NCBI RefSeq assembly: GCF_037042905.1
Contig: NW_026974140.1
Location: 1,490,001 to 1,554,000 of the forward strand
Length of the DNA stretch: 64,000 nucleotides
Direction: 5' to 3'
Origin: Lytechinus pictus
Lineage: Eukaryota
Within the stretch, counting starts at the first letter, position 1. Every line of letters begins with the position of its first letter. The translations under genes and the position numbers were made by a program. Shown piece after piece: positions 1 through 12,870 of the stretch. A model generated the notes under the pieces. That model searched no databases. It worked only from the letters and a program-made list of their open reading frames with translations, and was not told the origin of the DNA.

Positions 1-109
1 TTTTTGCCCTGTGCTAAAGTCAATGGCGGAAATCAGACTAACCTTAGTTGTTTTTACCAGAGTTTTCTCAGGTAAAAAGTTTTATGCAACAGGCTTTAGA
101 AAGTAACCT

Positions 110-3073
110 TTTCAGGACTGCATTTAGTGAATCATGAATAGTATATCTCACGAACTAAATAATGAGAGCGCGAACCGCAAGCTTAAAATTTGTGATATTC
201 CAACCTGAAAACTGGACATTTTATACATTTTTTTTGTAACCAGGAATAGAATGAGTTCCTCAATAAACAATACTTGATGCGAGCGAGAAACGTGAGCCAA
301 ATTTTTCAGATTTTCCAACCTGAAAACTGGACATTCTAAGCATTCTTGTAAAAAAAAAAATTGATGCAAGTGCTAATAAGCGCGAGCCCAAAAGGGTATT
401 CCATTTTGAAAAAGGTCACTTTTTTCCGACGGGATTTTTTTTGGGTAAGTATCCACCCCCCCCCTGTCCCCGGTTCCGCCACCCCTAATTGAAGCGAGCA
501 AGATTTTGGAGCATGGGCGATTTAGCTCTAGCAACTTAAACTCCTTTTGTAATCATGAATAGGGTGAGCATCTAAACAAAACAATTAATGCGAATGCATA
601 TAGGCAGATAGGCAGAGTGGCCGACTGACAAGAAAAGTGGATATTTCAAAGATTATTACTTGGAGTTCAGGAATGGGATATAAATCTCTCTAATCAAATG
701 ATGGGAGCTCGTAGCGCAAGCTAAACATTTTTTCCATATTCAGTAGTTTTGTAATCATGAAAACAATGCGTAATCGCGTATCTCGCTGAAAGCTACAAAA
801 ATCGAATCGTGAGCACAATAATCTGTTTACATTGACTTGAAAATGGCCATCATGAAATTTCAAAAAAAAAGAAAAAAGAAGCTCGCTCCTCATCAGTTTT
901 TTATTTGGTATAAGGTATTCGTCCAGTTCTTGGTAACAAAACATGCATAGAATGTCCACTTTTAAGGTTGGAATATCACACATTTTTGGTTCGCGTTTTG
1001 CGCTCGCACTAATTATTGCTCATTAAGGTAGTCATTCTGATCCTGGTGAAATAAAATTCCTAGAATGTCCAGTTTCATGGATAGAATATCACAAATTTTC
1101 AGCTCGAGCTTCGCGCTTGCATTAATCGATTGGTGAGATATGTAGGCCTAGCACATATCCCATTCATGAGTCACGAAATGCAAAAGGTTCTTCTCCTGGT
1201 CAGTATATGAAAAATTTCAGCTCGCGCTTCGCGCTCGCGTTTGATTCTTTAGTTAAATTCACATCCTTTTTTCATGATTACGAAATAAAATCGGAACGTT
1301 TACTTTTTATGTGGGGCGTTTTGGCCCAGTGGATAAGTCTTCTGACTTTAAGGCAGAGGGCCGTAGGTTCGAATCCAAGTCATGGAATTATTACCATCAG
1401 CAAGAAATTTATTCACACTGTGCTGCGCTCAACCCAGGTGAGGTGAATGGGTACCCGGTAGAAATTCGTTAATGCCTTCCTTTGGCCGCCTAGGCAGCCC
1501 AGCTAAAGCCGGGATAATAATAATAGCTGGGAGAACAGTTTTCAGAACTGAAGTAGCTTCCCTGGATATCCATACCATTATTATCATTTTAGGCCTAAAT
1601 GAAATTTCCAAAAGTTTGGGCACGTGATCCGCTCGCAACATCTCACAAGGATGCTCTTTTAACAGTAATTGACCTAAAAGGTGAATTTTACATCTTCAGA
1701 TTTGATTTTTCCCCCAAACCGCTTGCTCGCTACGCTCGCAGATATGAAACGTAAATATATAACTTATCAATCAGAGATCACTTACAAAATTTTGCTCAAC
1801 TTAATTACTACAAAACACACAACTTTTTTACACAGATGATAATCTTATGGCGAAAATATCCGTTTGCACCAAAATGCCCCTATTGGCCCGTTTTTTGGCT
1901 ATGCCCCCCCCCAAAAAAAACGAAAATACGTTCGGCCGCCACTGGTTTAAAAACACGCTTCGTCTTCATGGCTAACTGCAAAAAGTTCTTAAAATGTCCC
2001 CTTTAGATCAGGTCAGAGCTTATATTTACAATTTCTGTTCGCGCTTCTTGCTAGCAGTTATTATCTAGTTACATAGGCATCTCGTTTTGAAGATCACAAA
2101 CAAATTGTCCATCATATTAAAAAAAAATATAGCTCGCGCTCGCATTATTTAAAAAGGGTTTATCATGTTATTACATATTTACTTTATTTTATAAGTATAA
2201 AGCTAATTATTGACTGTTAGGACTACCCTTTCAAAGAAACAAACAAAAATCAACTTTAAGCTGCCGATCGAGGAAATATGGCTGAAAAAAAAATTTGCCC
2301 CCCCCCCCTATTTGACAAAAGTTGGATCCGCTGGAAGGGAGGCAGGGGGCACTTGCACCCCAAAAATGAAATAAAAAACAGGGAAATGCATATTTTTCTA
2401 AAATGGGAAAGTTCCTTTTTCAAAAATAAATATGCCGTTTTTCATGTTTTTCGAAATAAAATACTCTTTTTAAAGTATACAAGTTAAGTTTTCAGGCTGG
2501 AATATTGCAAAATTTCAGCTTGCGCTTCGCACTCTCAAATCATTCGATTGGAGAAATATGTATCCTAAAGAGGTCACTAAATGCTTTCTTTAACAGGTTC
2601 CTTTTCTGGTCAGTATGTTTAAGCTCGCGTTTTGCGCTCGTGTTAATTCTTTAGTTAGATGCACATGTTTTTAATGACAGCAGAAATCTGCTCGGATTTT
2701 AAAAAACTTATTTTTATTTTTTATTGAAATACCCTTAAGTTTTAGCTTGTGATTTACGCTCACAACACCTCGCAATAATGCCATTTTAAGAATAATTGAC
2801 CCCTAAACGAGTTTTACAACTTCACCTTAAATTTTTTTTTACCAAGCCGCTCGCTCATTATACTCTCTCCCGAAAAATTAAGCCTAAATATACATTTTGC
2901 CATAAAAAGAAGTCACTTCAAAAAAGTTTTTCTCTACTTAATCACTACCAAACACACAATGACTTCAAGCAGATGATAATCTTAAGGTGAAAATATCACC
3001 AAAGTGCCCATTTTGACGTATGAGTTTCATTTTTTGGCTTTACCCCCCGAACGAAAATTTGTTCGGCCGCCCT
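110..3073. repeat. Degenerate arrays of the ~110-bp AAATTTTCAGCTCGCGCTTCGCGCTCGCA monomer in both orientations
   Basis: The core CTCGCGCTTCGCGCTCGC recurs many times (e.g. 1220, 1100, 2520, 2623); orientation flips near 870-980. Blocks 1590-1945 and 2740-3073 resemble each other and end in GTTCGGCCGCC. Confidence 0.7.
1311..1590 (+). mobile_element. tRNA-derived SINE
   Basis: Pol III A box TGGCCCAGTGG (1322-1332) and B box GGTTCGAATCC (1366-1376), then a conserved-type body CACTGTGCTGCGCTCAACCCAGGTGAGGTGAATGGGTACC and an (ATT)n tail. The 3' part (GCCCAGCTAAAGCCGGG...GCTGGGAGAACAGTTT) recurs near 33235-33310. Confidence 0.85.
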
Positions 3074-3149
3074 TGCCTTCCCATCCTCATAACAATTGAA
3101 CGGCAACAGTATCCCCCGCCTCCCTTGCCTCTGCCTCTGCTTTCCCAGT

Positions 3150-3703
3150 TTTCATTTTTCGGATTAACGAACCTTATTTTGTTTTTGGATTAACGAACCT
3201 TATTTCGTTTTCGGATTAACGAACCTTCGGAACAACGAACCTTATTTCGTTTTCGGATTAACGAACCTTCGGAAAAACGAACCTTATTTTGTTTTCGGAT
3301 TAACGAACCTTATTTCATTTTCGGATTAACGAACCTTCGGAAAAACGAACCTTATTTCGTTTTCGGATTAATGAACCTTCAAAAAAACGAACCTTATTTC
3401 GTTTTCGGATTAACGAACCTTCGGAACAACGAACCTTATTTCGTTTTCGGATTAACGAACCTTCGGAACAACGAACCTTATTTCGTTTTCGGATTATCGA
3501 ACCTTCGGAACAACGAACCTTATTTCGTTTTCGGATTATCGAACCTTCGGAATAACGAACCGTCGGAATAACGCCACAAATGTTCGGATTAACGAACCCT
3601 TTTTCGTTTTCGGATTAATGAACATCGAGGTATAGGCAATTTACGGGTTTCGGAATTACGAACCTTCGGAATAAAGAACCTTCGGAATTACGAAGTGTAA
3701 CCG
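3150..3703. repeat. Minisatellite with ~42-bp unit TTTTCGGATTAACGAACCTTCGGAACAACGAACCTTATTTCG
   Basis: Directly visible tandem array with shorter variant units; ends in CTTCGGAATTACGAAGTGTAACCG, which looks like a MITE terminus. Confidence 0.9.
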
Positions 3704-4423
3704 GTATAGGGAATGTGAGTTGATGGGCAAATAATATTGAGACCTTTCGTTTTTTGATACGAGCCATGTGGACGTACGAGATTAAGGGATTTTGGGAGCA
3801 CTGCGCATGCACGAAGTAATCTCTGACGAGCCTTCTCGTTCACTGCCCAAATCTGTGACTCGTATTTGAGGGTTTTGACGTTCGGTGTCATAGTGCTCGA
3901 ACGAGCGCTTGTTCGTGCATGATGACGTCATTCAAGCTTAGCAAAAATGAATGAAGCTGCATCAACACTTGAGTTTTGTTGATTCAGCAGGGCTGGTAAA
4001 CTGCAAATTACTGCTTGTTACCAGCTTTTCCATTCCATTTAGTGTGTCCTGTTTTCAGACACTACATATCTGATAGGTAATTGATGTTCTATTTCCAAAC
4101 AACTGTGTTTTTGCGGCTTTTTGCGCAAGAGTGCAAGTGTTGCACCCTCAGTCGCCCCACTGGTTCGTAGGGTGATGCTGCACCTGACTCTCTGGCCGAG
4201 CATCGGCCCACGGCCCGCTCGCTATCACGCTGGTATATGCTGTGGTCTGGTACGGGCCCAGTACGGGTACGTCGATTAAGTCGAAATTGTTTTCATCAAT
4301 GTACGAACGTGATACTGAACGTGCGGTGTCACCACTTCCGGTGAACTAGGAATACGTTGCAGTCGCAGACAATCGAAAGTTTCGTATTATCAACTTTAAA
4401 GAAGGCAGTTGTTATGTAATTAA

Positions 4424-5025
4424 AATTCAAATCCACCCCAGAAAAAAGTTAATTTAAATAAATAGAGAAAAATCAAACATGAATAATGCTGAAAATTTCA
4501 TCAAAATCGGATGTGAAATAAGAAAGTTACATGTATGATATTTTAAAGTTCCGCTTATTTTTCACAAAACAGTTCTATGCTGAACTCAGTGATATGCAAA
4601 TGAGAGAGTCGATGATGTCACTCACTCACTATTTCTTTTGTTTTTTATTGTTTGAATAATACAATATTTCAATATTTACGAAATTGACAATTAGGACCCC
4701 TTGCTTGAACCACAAATTGTTAAAATAATGGAATTACATGTGTTCAGGTAGGAATGAAACTTTGGTTCACATGACAGTGACGAGAAAATCAAAATATTTT
4801 ATATTTCATATAATAAAATACAAAAGAAATAGTGAGTGAGTGATGTCATCGGCTCCCTCATTTGCATACCGAACAGGATGTACATATATTGTTTTGTGAA
4901 ATTAGGCGAAATTTGAAATGTCATAACTTATTTTACATCCGATTTTGATGAAACTTTCAGTGTTATGCTTGTTTGATTTTTATCTTTCTATTCAAATCAG
5001 CTTTATGTTGGGGTGGACTTGTCCT
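4424..5025. mobile_element. ~600-bp TTAA-flanked MITE (Kolobok-type termini), copy 1
   Basis: Right end GGGGTGGACTTGTCCT|TTAA, eroded left end; long internal inverted symmetry; homologous to copies at 10068, 18003 and 22167. Confidence 0.85.
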
Positions 5026-5435
5026 TTAAGCTTGTTTTTTAGTTGATGGGATTTCACTCTTGTACATCATGCCAAAAATACTTTCATTGTTGAGATAAAT
5101 GTTGCATTTTTGCACTCAGAGGCGTTGATCCTGGGGGGGGCAGGGGGGGCAATCGCCCCACCAATGAAAATATTGGGGGGGGGGCAAACATATCGTGTTG
5201 CCCCCCCAATAATTCTACATGTGCAACTAAAAAATAAAATAAGATTGTAATGTTACACTGAAATCAGCAAGCGAGATTGAGATACCAACTCTTTCTTGAT
5301 TTAAAATCATGCTCAAAATGTCCGCTTTTCAGATTGGAATATAAAAATTTTCAGCTCGCGCTTTGCGCTCGCATCATTTCTGTAGCAAAAACCCATACTT
5401 TTCATGATTAAATTGTTTTTGATGATGATCCTTAA

Positions 5436-5837
5436 GGCCACCGCACACCTTACGACTGTTCGCAATCCGATTTTGGAACAAATCGCATTTTGCTCATTTT
5501 CTGAAAATGTGAATGGAACATATCATTTTATTTGAGGTTAAAATGAATTGAAAGAATACTAATATAACCATTTTGAAAGATTGCAAGCCTTTATTTTGGA
5601 GTAAAGGCCAAATTAGTTTCAAAATTGTAGCCAATCGTACGACTGCTATGACGTCATTACGACTAGATATTAAATTTGCTTTTATTCTATAAGAAGGATG
5701 ATAGCATAGTCACAGTTTACAAGAGAGGTAATCGTAAGATGATTTCGAACACTACGCAGTCTCAATATTAGCATCAAATTCTACTACGTTTTATTCCAAA
5801 ATTGAGTCGCAGACCAATCGTAAGGTGTGCGGTCGCC
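5436..5837. mobile_element. ~400-bp MITE with TIR GGC(C/G)ACCGCACACCTTACGA, copy 1
   Basis: Inverted termini at 5436 and 5837 in TTAA/TTTAA context; a second copy lies in the opposite orientation at 12258-12668. Confidence 0.85.
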
Positions 5838-6206
5838 TTTAAATGTCAGGATTTTATATCAAACTTTTGAATTTGAATTGATTAAATAGGTGAATAGAAT
5901 GCCCGGATAGAATGTCCCGTTTTCAGTTCTAAACCTCAAAAGAACTTCCGCTTCGATTTTCAATAATCTTTTGTTGGGATATATATCTTGTTCTTTATTA
6001 AAAGCGTCCATTGAACTGTCATTTTTCTCAGATCGAAATCTCAAAATTCTCAGCTCGCGCTTTGCGCTCGCATTTATTGTTCTAGATACCCATCTCAATC
6101 ATTGGTACCAAAAATGCTTAGAATATCAATCTTTCAGGTAAGAATAAAAAGATATTTCATCTCGCTCTCGGCACTCGCATTATCTGTGTAGTGAGATACA
6201 TGTATA

Positions 6207-7429
6207 CCGTAAGTAACGGTGTATTAACCGCACCCGTGTATTAACCGCACCCCCCATTTTCGGATGGAAAAAAAAAAAAAAAAATCATTCAAAAAAAAAT
6301 TTTTTTTATTATCAAGCTTACTTTATATCTCTAATATGCGTATTTAAGAAAGAGTCAAGAACCAAAAAATATCGAAGAATTACTGGAAAAAATGATGGGA
6401 AATCAGCGCTTCGTCACTTATCTGCAAGTTGCCGACATTATTGGCCACTTCCACACTCACCTCACACACACACATATGGTACCGGTGTTCATTGCAAGTA
6501 CCGATACCAGCATCAACATGGGGGCTCACCCATACGAGAAGATCGTTCATATCATATTTCCTGCATCACAGCCCCACTTTTGCTTTCAGAATTCTGTCTA
6601 GCATTCAATGTCTTGACATGAATTTTAGACAAGGGAATACGGGAAGGTTCAAGATACGAGAAATTTGCGATTTTGTTCAGGTGTTTTTCTTGTCTGCTTT
6701 GAACCACTACCGGTAGTTCTCAGTACGTGTGTGGCGGTATCTTACAGACAGCAAAATAGGAAGAAAAAAAATGCTAGTACCGGTATACCGTATTTTCAGT
6801 GGGAGCTCTGGGCGGGAATAAAGTGAATAATAATTAAAAATAAAAAGTCGGAAGGAGTGAAGATGGGGATTGAAGATTGATTTTGAGATGATGGATGATA
6901 GAGAGAAATGAAGGAAAGGCAAATGAAAGAAATTAATTGTCAAATAATACCAATAATTTGTCAAACAAAATAACTTCCACGGAAAGGTAAAGCGCCAGCT
7001 TACGTTGACGTTGCGATAAACATTACACATGCATGTCTTATTCGGCTAGCTGCACCGCGCTGTGCGATCGATTGGCGTCTGAACTTTGCCGCGATGACTA
7101 AAAAATGACAACAAAGACAGAGTCACACCATTAAAAAAAGTCAGTTTCATGAAGGTAGGTGCGTTTGTTACCGTGATATAACTTTGAGGGACATTTACGG
7201 CAGATACCGGTAGTCATAGTTGCTTCCCTTTTATACCCGCGGCTCATACCCCTCTAACGGGATTGCCCCAAGCGGCTACGCTCGGCCACTTGACGCGAGT
7301 TGAAAACTGGTAGTGGTATCGGGCTGAGATTGGCTTGGCTCAGACCTGTCACCGTGTATAAACCGCACCCCCGACTTTTGATTCTGTCCCGCCGAGAAAA
7401 AGGTGCGGTTAATACACCGTTACTTACGG
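6207..7429. mobile_element. Tc1/mariner-pogo type non-autonomous element
   Basis: Perfect 28-bp TIR CCGTAAGTAACGGTGTATTAACCGCACC with TA on both sides (6205-6206, 7430-7431). Confidence 0.9.
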
Positions 7430-8640
7430 TACATGTATCTATCCTCCTCATGAGTTACTACAAACAAACCTAAACAGGTACATTTTTCCTGTTTTCATGT
7501 CAGTATACTAAAAATTTTCAGCTCGCGCTTTGCGCTTGCATTAATTTGTTGGTGAGCCTGAGATATGTGTCTATTTCTCATGAGTCATATATATTTATAT
7601 ATATATGCATAGTATAGGCCTATGTGTTTGTGTGGGTGGGTATAGGGGTGTGTGTGGGTGAGTTTGTTTGTTTTGTGTGATCGAGCGCCTTTGGAACATT
7701 GATTCATGATTTTTCCCCCCCAATCTGAAAAAGGGATCGACGCCCCTGTTTGCACTTGTATTGTCACTCACGTTTTGGATGTCGTGTCACTCACGATATA
7801 TAGGAGGGCACCATTTTCTATAGAGAAGGTCATTGGTTTTGACTTTACATGTATGTGTTAGATAGGTACACTATTTACGTACGTGTATGGGTACTCGCAG
7901 TACGCCTGGACAGCTACTTGGGCACGAATCCAATCATAAGTGATAATGGTCAGAAACCCATGTCCAAAATTTGTTGTTTCACTCATGCACCATTTTTCAA
8001 TCATATCTAATTTAATTGTAGAATTCAAATCAAACCGGCAGTGGCCCATGCCAGTCCTACATTGTATATAATTAGTAGTCATGATTGATTCATAGCCTTT
8101 ATAGTTTAAAGCCCTTAACCCTCTCCGAATGTTGTGTCACGTTTGAAAATGACCATATCTGATCAATTTTTATGTATTTCTGTGTTTTTTTTTACCTTTT
8201 GTTTTTCATTGTTTTTTCAATGAAATTTGTTGGGGATTCTTCTGAGATCATAAACAGCACAAAAGAAATACATTTAGACCAGCAAAACTAAAAGTAATCA
8301 TACATTTATGATTTTTGGTTGAAAACACAATTTGCATTGACTTTGTACACGTTTTTGAGCCATTTTTAGCCTGACATGCACTAACATAATGTTGTGTAGT
8401 TTCGGAACTGCATCCCCGGATGACGCAAAACTGGTCTCAAAATTTGTGCAAAAGTCAGCGAGCGGCAGGGTAAAAAAAAATTGTACAGTGAAAATATTGC
8501 GTGAATTGTTGAGGGGGGCCTCGGAGGCCTGCCCCCTGGCCTCAGATAAAATCAATATTTTATCTCCGTTAAAATCAGTGAGATAAAATACCCTTAAAAT
8601 CTCTCCGAATTGGTATACTGAGAAGAATTTTATCTTCATT

Positions 8641-9175
8641 TTATTGTCTCGCTCACCGGAGGTGAAGGCGAGACTTAGGGATCCAAATGTCGTCCGTCCG
8701 TCACAAACCTTATGACACATAACTCCACAACCGTAAGTCATTTTTCAACCAAACTTGGATGGTAGATGGACGTGGGGGACGTGCATGTTATGCTGCAGTC
8801 AGAGGTCACATGGTAAGGTCAAAGGTAATTTTTGGGTCAACGTTAAAGTTTACATGCAAGACTCTCTTATGACACATGCAACCGTAAGTCACTTTTCGAC
8901 CAAACTTGGGTTGCAGGTGTACTTAGGAGACCTGCATGTTGTTGTGTTCGGAGGTCACATGGTATATGGTCAAAGTTCATTTTCAGGTCAACATTAAAGT
9001 TTATGGGCAAGACTGTTATAACAAGTGTTATTCCATCCCAGTCATTTCACAATGAAGTTTCGATACAATTCTGTTACGTGCCCTCGCAAATCACAATATT
9101 TCTGGTTATTTTCGTATTGAGTGGGCGAGACAAAATTGCTTATGCCTTTCTCTGTAGGACACACCTATTTTTTAG
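8641..9175 (+). mobile_element. Helentron/HINE-like element
   Basis: Subterminal inverted repeat TTGTCTCGCTCAC / GTGGGCGAGACAA, (CCGT)n microsatellite, two internal tandem units, T-rich ends. Confidence 0.6.
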
Positions 9176-9213
9176 TCAATATCCAATTAGAATGTAGAAA
9201 TGCACTTTTATAG

Positions 9214-9270
9214 CTCTCTCATATCACTCAACCAATGGAAATCAATTCCGCCAGGATGTGTGGCAAAGGA
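9214..9270 (+). CDS. Candidate micro-exon of the Sema-domain gene (xLSYHSTNGNQFRQDVWQR)
   Basis: Acceptor ttttatag|, donor |gtgaga, 57 bp; open in phase 1-1 and compatible with the next candidate exon. Confidence 0.35.
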
Positions 9271-9611
9271 GTGAGATTGCGTTAATTTATTGATTTCAAA
9301 TACGCTTGCACTATACGCTTTACAGAGATTTCTTTAAAAAAAATAACAATACTCTAATCTTTTTTTCGAAGTCTATATCGCATCTTTTCAAGCATCATTT
9401 CAAAGACAATATTAGTCAAGAAAAGTCTTATGAAATACTTCCTTATTGTACAGGAATAACGTTAAGGTGTTAGTCTCAATAACAATATAATTTTTCTTCA
9501 TTTTCATGTCAACATTTGGAGTTAATTTACCTAGAAATATGATGAAATCAATGTTGCGGAGATAAAATAGCCCCTACCCTCTTTTAAGTCTATTTCATTT
9601 TTTCTTCAAAG

Positions 9612-9663
9612 TAACACGGGCGCAAGCACATCATCCGCGTTGCAATGGCCAGATATGCGATGG
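9612..9663 (+). CDS. Candidate micro-exon of the Sema-domain gene (xTRAQAHHPRCNGQICDG)
   Basis: Pyrimidine tract tttttcttcaaag|, donor |gtatgt, 52 bp, phase 1-2; GC-richer than its flanks. Confidence 0.45.
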
Positions 9664-9860
9664 GTATGTCTATGCAGGCTCTGCTCTGTTACGTATCATC
9701 AATAGATACGCAACTTAAAATTTATACGCAAGATAAAATTTTGAATTATATCTGAGATATAAAATGTTATCTCAGAATACCAATTTCATTTTAAGAGATA
9801 AAATATTTTAAAGATCAAATGACGTCAGAATACCGCCCCAGAACACTTCTTTTAATTCAG

Positions 9861-9894
9861 TCATTGTTGCTCTACATCAGATTTTCTGTCTTTG
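9861..9894 (+). CDS. Candidate micro-exon of the Sema-domain gene (HCCSTSDFLSL)
   Basis: Acceptor tttaattcag|, weak donor |gtatct, 34 bp, phase 2-0; bridges 9612-9663 to 11105 in frame. Confidence 0.35.
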
Positions 9895-10067
9895 GTATCT
9901 TTATTAAAAAAAGAATTATTCTTCCAGGTTCTGTATTTGAATTCATGGAATTTAATGTATCTGAACGTTTTGATCTAAAATAAGCTACAAAATAAATAAT
10001 TTTAACAGACGACTAAAGTTTAATTTTACCCCTATATTGTACATGTAGCTGAAGATCTATGCTTTAA

Positions 10068-10658
10068 AAGACAAGTCTACCCCAATAAAAAGTTGATTTG
10101 AAAAAAAGGAGAAAAATCCAACAAGCAAAACACTGAAAATTTCATCAAAATCGGATGTAAAATAAGAAAGATATGGCATTTTAAATTTTCGCTTAATTTC
10201 ACAAAACAGTTATATGCACATCCTGTTCGGTATGCAAATTGGCAGACTGATGACGTCACCCACTCACTATTTCTTTTATATTTTATTATATGAAATATGA
10301 AATATTCTAATTTTCTCCTCCTTGTCAATTGAATCTCCCTGAACATGTGGAATTACCATTATTTGTACAGTTTATGGTTAAGTTAAGTTGGTCCTTATTG
10401 TCAAATCTGTAAAAATTGAAATATTGTATTATTCAAACAATAAAAAACAAAAGAAATAGTGAGTGATGGACATCATCGACTCTCTCATTTGCATATCGCG
10501 GAGTTGTGCATTGAACTATTTTGTGAAAAATAAGCGAAACTTAAACATGTCATAACTTTCTTATTTTACATCCGATTTCGATGAAATTTGCAGCGTCCTG
10601 TTTGTTTGATTTTTCTCTATCGATTCAAATCAACAATTCTCTCGGGTGGACTTGGCCT
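10068..10658. mobile_element. ~600-bp TTAA-flanked MITE (Kolobok-type termini), copy 2
   Basis: TTAA|AAGACAAGTCTACCCC ... GGGTGGACTTGGCCT|TTAA. Confidence 0.88.
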
Positions 10659-11104
10659 TTAAGATGATATACATGTACAGTAGGTATTAAAAAGAATATG
10701 TGTGGTTTAAGATCACACTTTTCAGAGGCTAGGCACATTTAGCAGCTTGAAGACAAGAATACTGTTATCTTCTTGGCCAAAGAAAAGTGGATAGAGGTAG
10801 AAGTGAAATGGAGAGGTGAGAAAATGGAGGTTAGGAAGTAGAGTAAGGTCCTTCAGAGTGATTGCAATCCTTAAAAAGGACTTTAAACGAGAAAGAGTGG
10901 AAAGCTTGAGTAATAAGCAGGATGAGATACTTGAGTAGAAGGCTAGTTAAGTTGGAGAGGTGAGAAAGCTTTAAGTAGATGAGAGAAGGCTGGCTTGAGT
11001 CCGGGAATGGAGCTGTAGAGCAGGATTGGGAGAGAAGGCTCTAAGTATTATATTGTCCTCTTATCTTATTTATTTTTATTCTTTTATACTTTACTTGTGT
11101 GTAG

Positions 11105-11239
11105 GAAGAATGTGACAACTATATTCGAAGTGTGACTTTTCTTCATGGAGACTGTCCATCTGATTACTGCACAGTCTTAGTATGTGGAACCAATGCCATT
11201 ATTCCACGCTGCGGGATATGTATCTATACTGGCCCAGAG
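11105..11239 (+). CDS. Exon of a semaphorin-like (Sema domain) gene: EECDNYIRSVTFLHGDCPSDYCTVLVCGTNAIIPRCGICIYTGPE
   Basis: Long pyrimidine tract then gtgtag|, donor |gtaaga, 135 bp, phase 0-0; carries the Sema hallmarks ECxNYIR and LVCGTNAxxPxC. Confidence 0.9.
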
Positions 11240-12257
11240 GTAAGATAAGTTCATGTATTCCACTTTAATTTAATTTAAAACAGATTATTTAAAAGAAACT
11301 GGTCTTGCTGCCTAAGCTGAATAAAAACATGTCAGGTGGAAAATTGCCCCAAAAAGAATTATGAAAAAATTCAATTCAAAACCATTTCAAAAGCAATCAA
11401 GAACGCACACTCTGAAAAAGCGTCAAACAGGAAGTACAATGAAAGACAGGTGCACCCTATACAATCCATTGCGATTGATTTCTAGGAAATTGTAAGAGCA
11501 TTTTGTATAAACATTCCAACCTATAGAATTTTCTAATCAAAGTTCCAAATAGTGGTAGGAAACAATGAATTAAAACTGAAATCTTATTTTTTAAGTTGTC
11601 TTGTAGGAATAAAAGAAAATTTAATTCCAAATCTTAATGCTGTATAAGCTGTTATTTTCGCGGGGGTCTTATTTTCGTGAATGGTCTTATTTTCGCGGAT
11701 TTCGTGAATTGCCGATTGGCCGCGAATTTAACAACACGGGAAAATATTGACACATTTAGTAATTGGTGCCAATGTCCTCAACAGCAAAGCTTTACGATAA
11801 TTGCAAACATCCAGTATAGTGAAAATATGAAGATAAGCACCTACATATAAATAAGGTTAGAAATTTGAAGTTACCTAGAATTTCGCTTTTTTTATTCTTC
11901 GAACAAATCAGAGCCTAAAATATTTCCTAACATATATTTATCAATATTTATTCACTCACTGCAATATTACAATGTATTTTCCATAAAATAATTTGATTTT
12001 ATTGTCATATGATTGACTCTATACATGTATATTGGCAGCTATTTGCATACTTATTAATATTCATAAGTCACATGACCAGTGTTTGAAGGTGTAAGATTTT
12101 GCACTGAAACCAACTTTTAAAAATTGAATCTAACACAATACAACTTCCAAAGATTACACTTACAGATCATACTGTGACACTGAATTTTCAGATCCAAAGG
12201 TACAAAAAAAGTTAAATTTAAGCCACTTTTTGTCTCACCTGCAGTCAGGGGCCTTAA

Positions 12258-12668
12258 GGCGACCGCACACCTTACGATTGGTCTACGACCCGATTTCAAA
12301 ATAAAATGTTGTAGAATTTGATGCTAATATTGAGACTTGGAATATCTTACTGTGTAATGTTCGAAATCACCGTACGAATATATGTTCAAATCTGTGACTA
12401 TGCTATCATCCACCTTAGAATAAAAGCGAATTTGATATATTGTCGTAATGACGTCATAGCAGTCGTATGATTGGCTACGATTTGAAACTAATTTGGCCTT
12501 TACTCAAAAATAAAGGTTTGCAATCTTTCAAAATGGTTATATTAGTATTCTTTCAATTAATCTTAACCTCAAATAAAATGATATGCTCCATTCACATTTT
12601 CAGAAAATGAGCAAAGTGCGATTTGTTTCAAAATCGGATCGCGAACAGTCGTAAGGTGTGCGGTGGCC
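12258..12668. mobile_element. ~400-bp MITE with TIR GGC(C/G)ACCGCACACCTTACGA, copy 2
   Basis: TTAA on both sides; reverse-complement homologue of 5436-5837. Confidence 0.88.
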
Positions 12669-12870
12669 TTAAGGCCCATAATTTGAAGTTTTGGGGACAG
12701 AGTTTACAAAAGCACCACACTTTCCCTATGTCACTATTAGGTCAATAGCTTCATTTTTTCCCACAGAACATGGTGTTGAAAATTGCATCTTTATGCAAAA
12801 ATATGCTAATTTATGTAAATTAGCAGTAATAATTCATGCATGAAGCCATATGCCAATAGGAATTAATTAA

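Larger units (their letters stand above)
5117..7748. mobile_element. Non-autonomous hAT-type element with internal ~110-bp repeat array and two nested MITEs
   Basis: TIRs CAGAGGCGTTGATCC / GGATCGACGCCCCTG; exact 8-bp TSD TTTGCACT at 5109-5116 and 7749-7756. Confidence 0.85.

Noticed and set aside
1311..1385. tRNA gene
   Set aside because: A and B boxes are present, but the sequence runs into a SINE body without a T-run terminator and the stems are imperfect.
3150..3703. CRISPR-like appearance and repetitive ORF 3371-3571
   Set aside because: Units are contiguous with no unique spacers, no cas genes are present and the context is eukaryotic; it is a minisatellite.
3947..4076. First coding exon of the Sema-like gene (ATG, good donor at 4077, TGACGTCA upstream)
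   Set aside because: Both ATG frames and the phase-1 frame hit stops before the donor; at most a non-coding exon, unsupported.
5099..7850. ATG-initiated frame restored by excising the hAT element, ending at a phase-1 gtatgt donor
   Set aside because: The peptide (MLHFCTCIVTHVLDVVSL...) is neither a convincing signal peptide nor Sema-like; likely chance.
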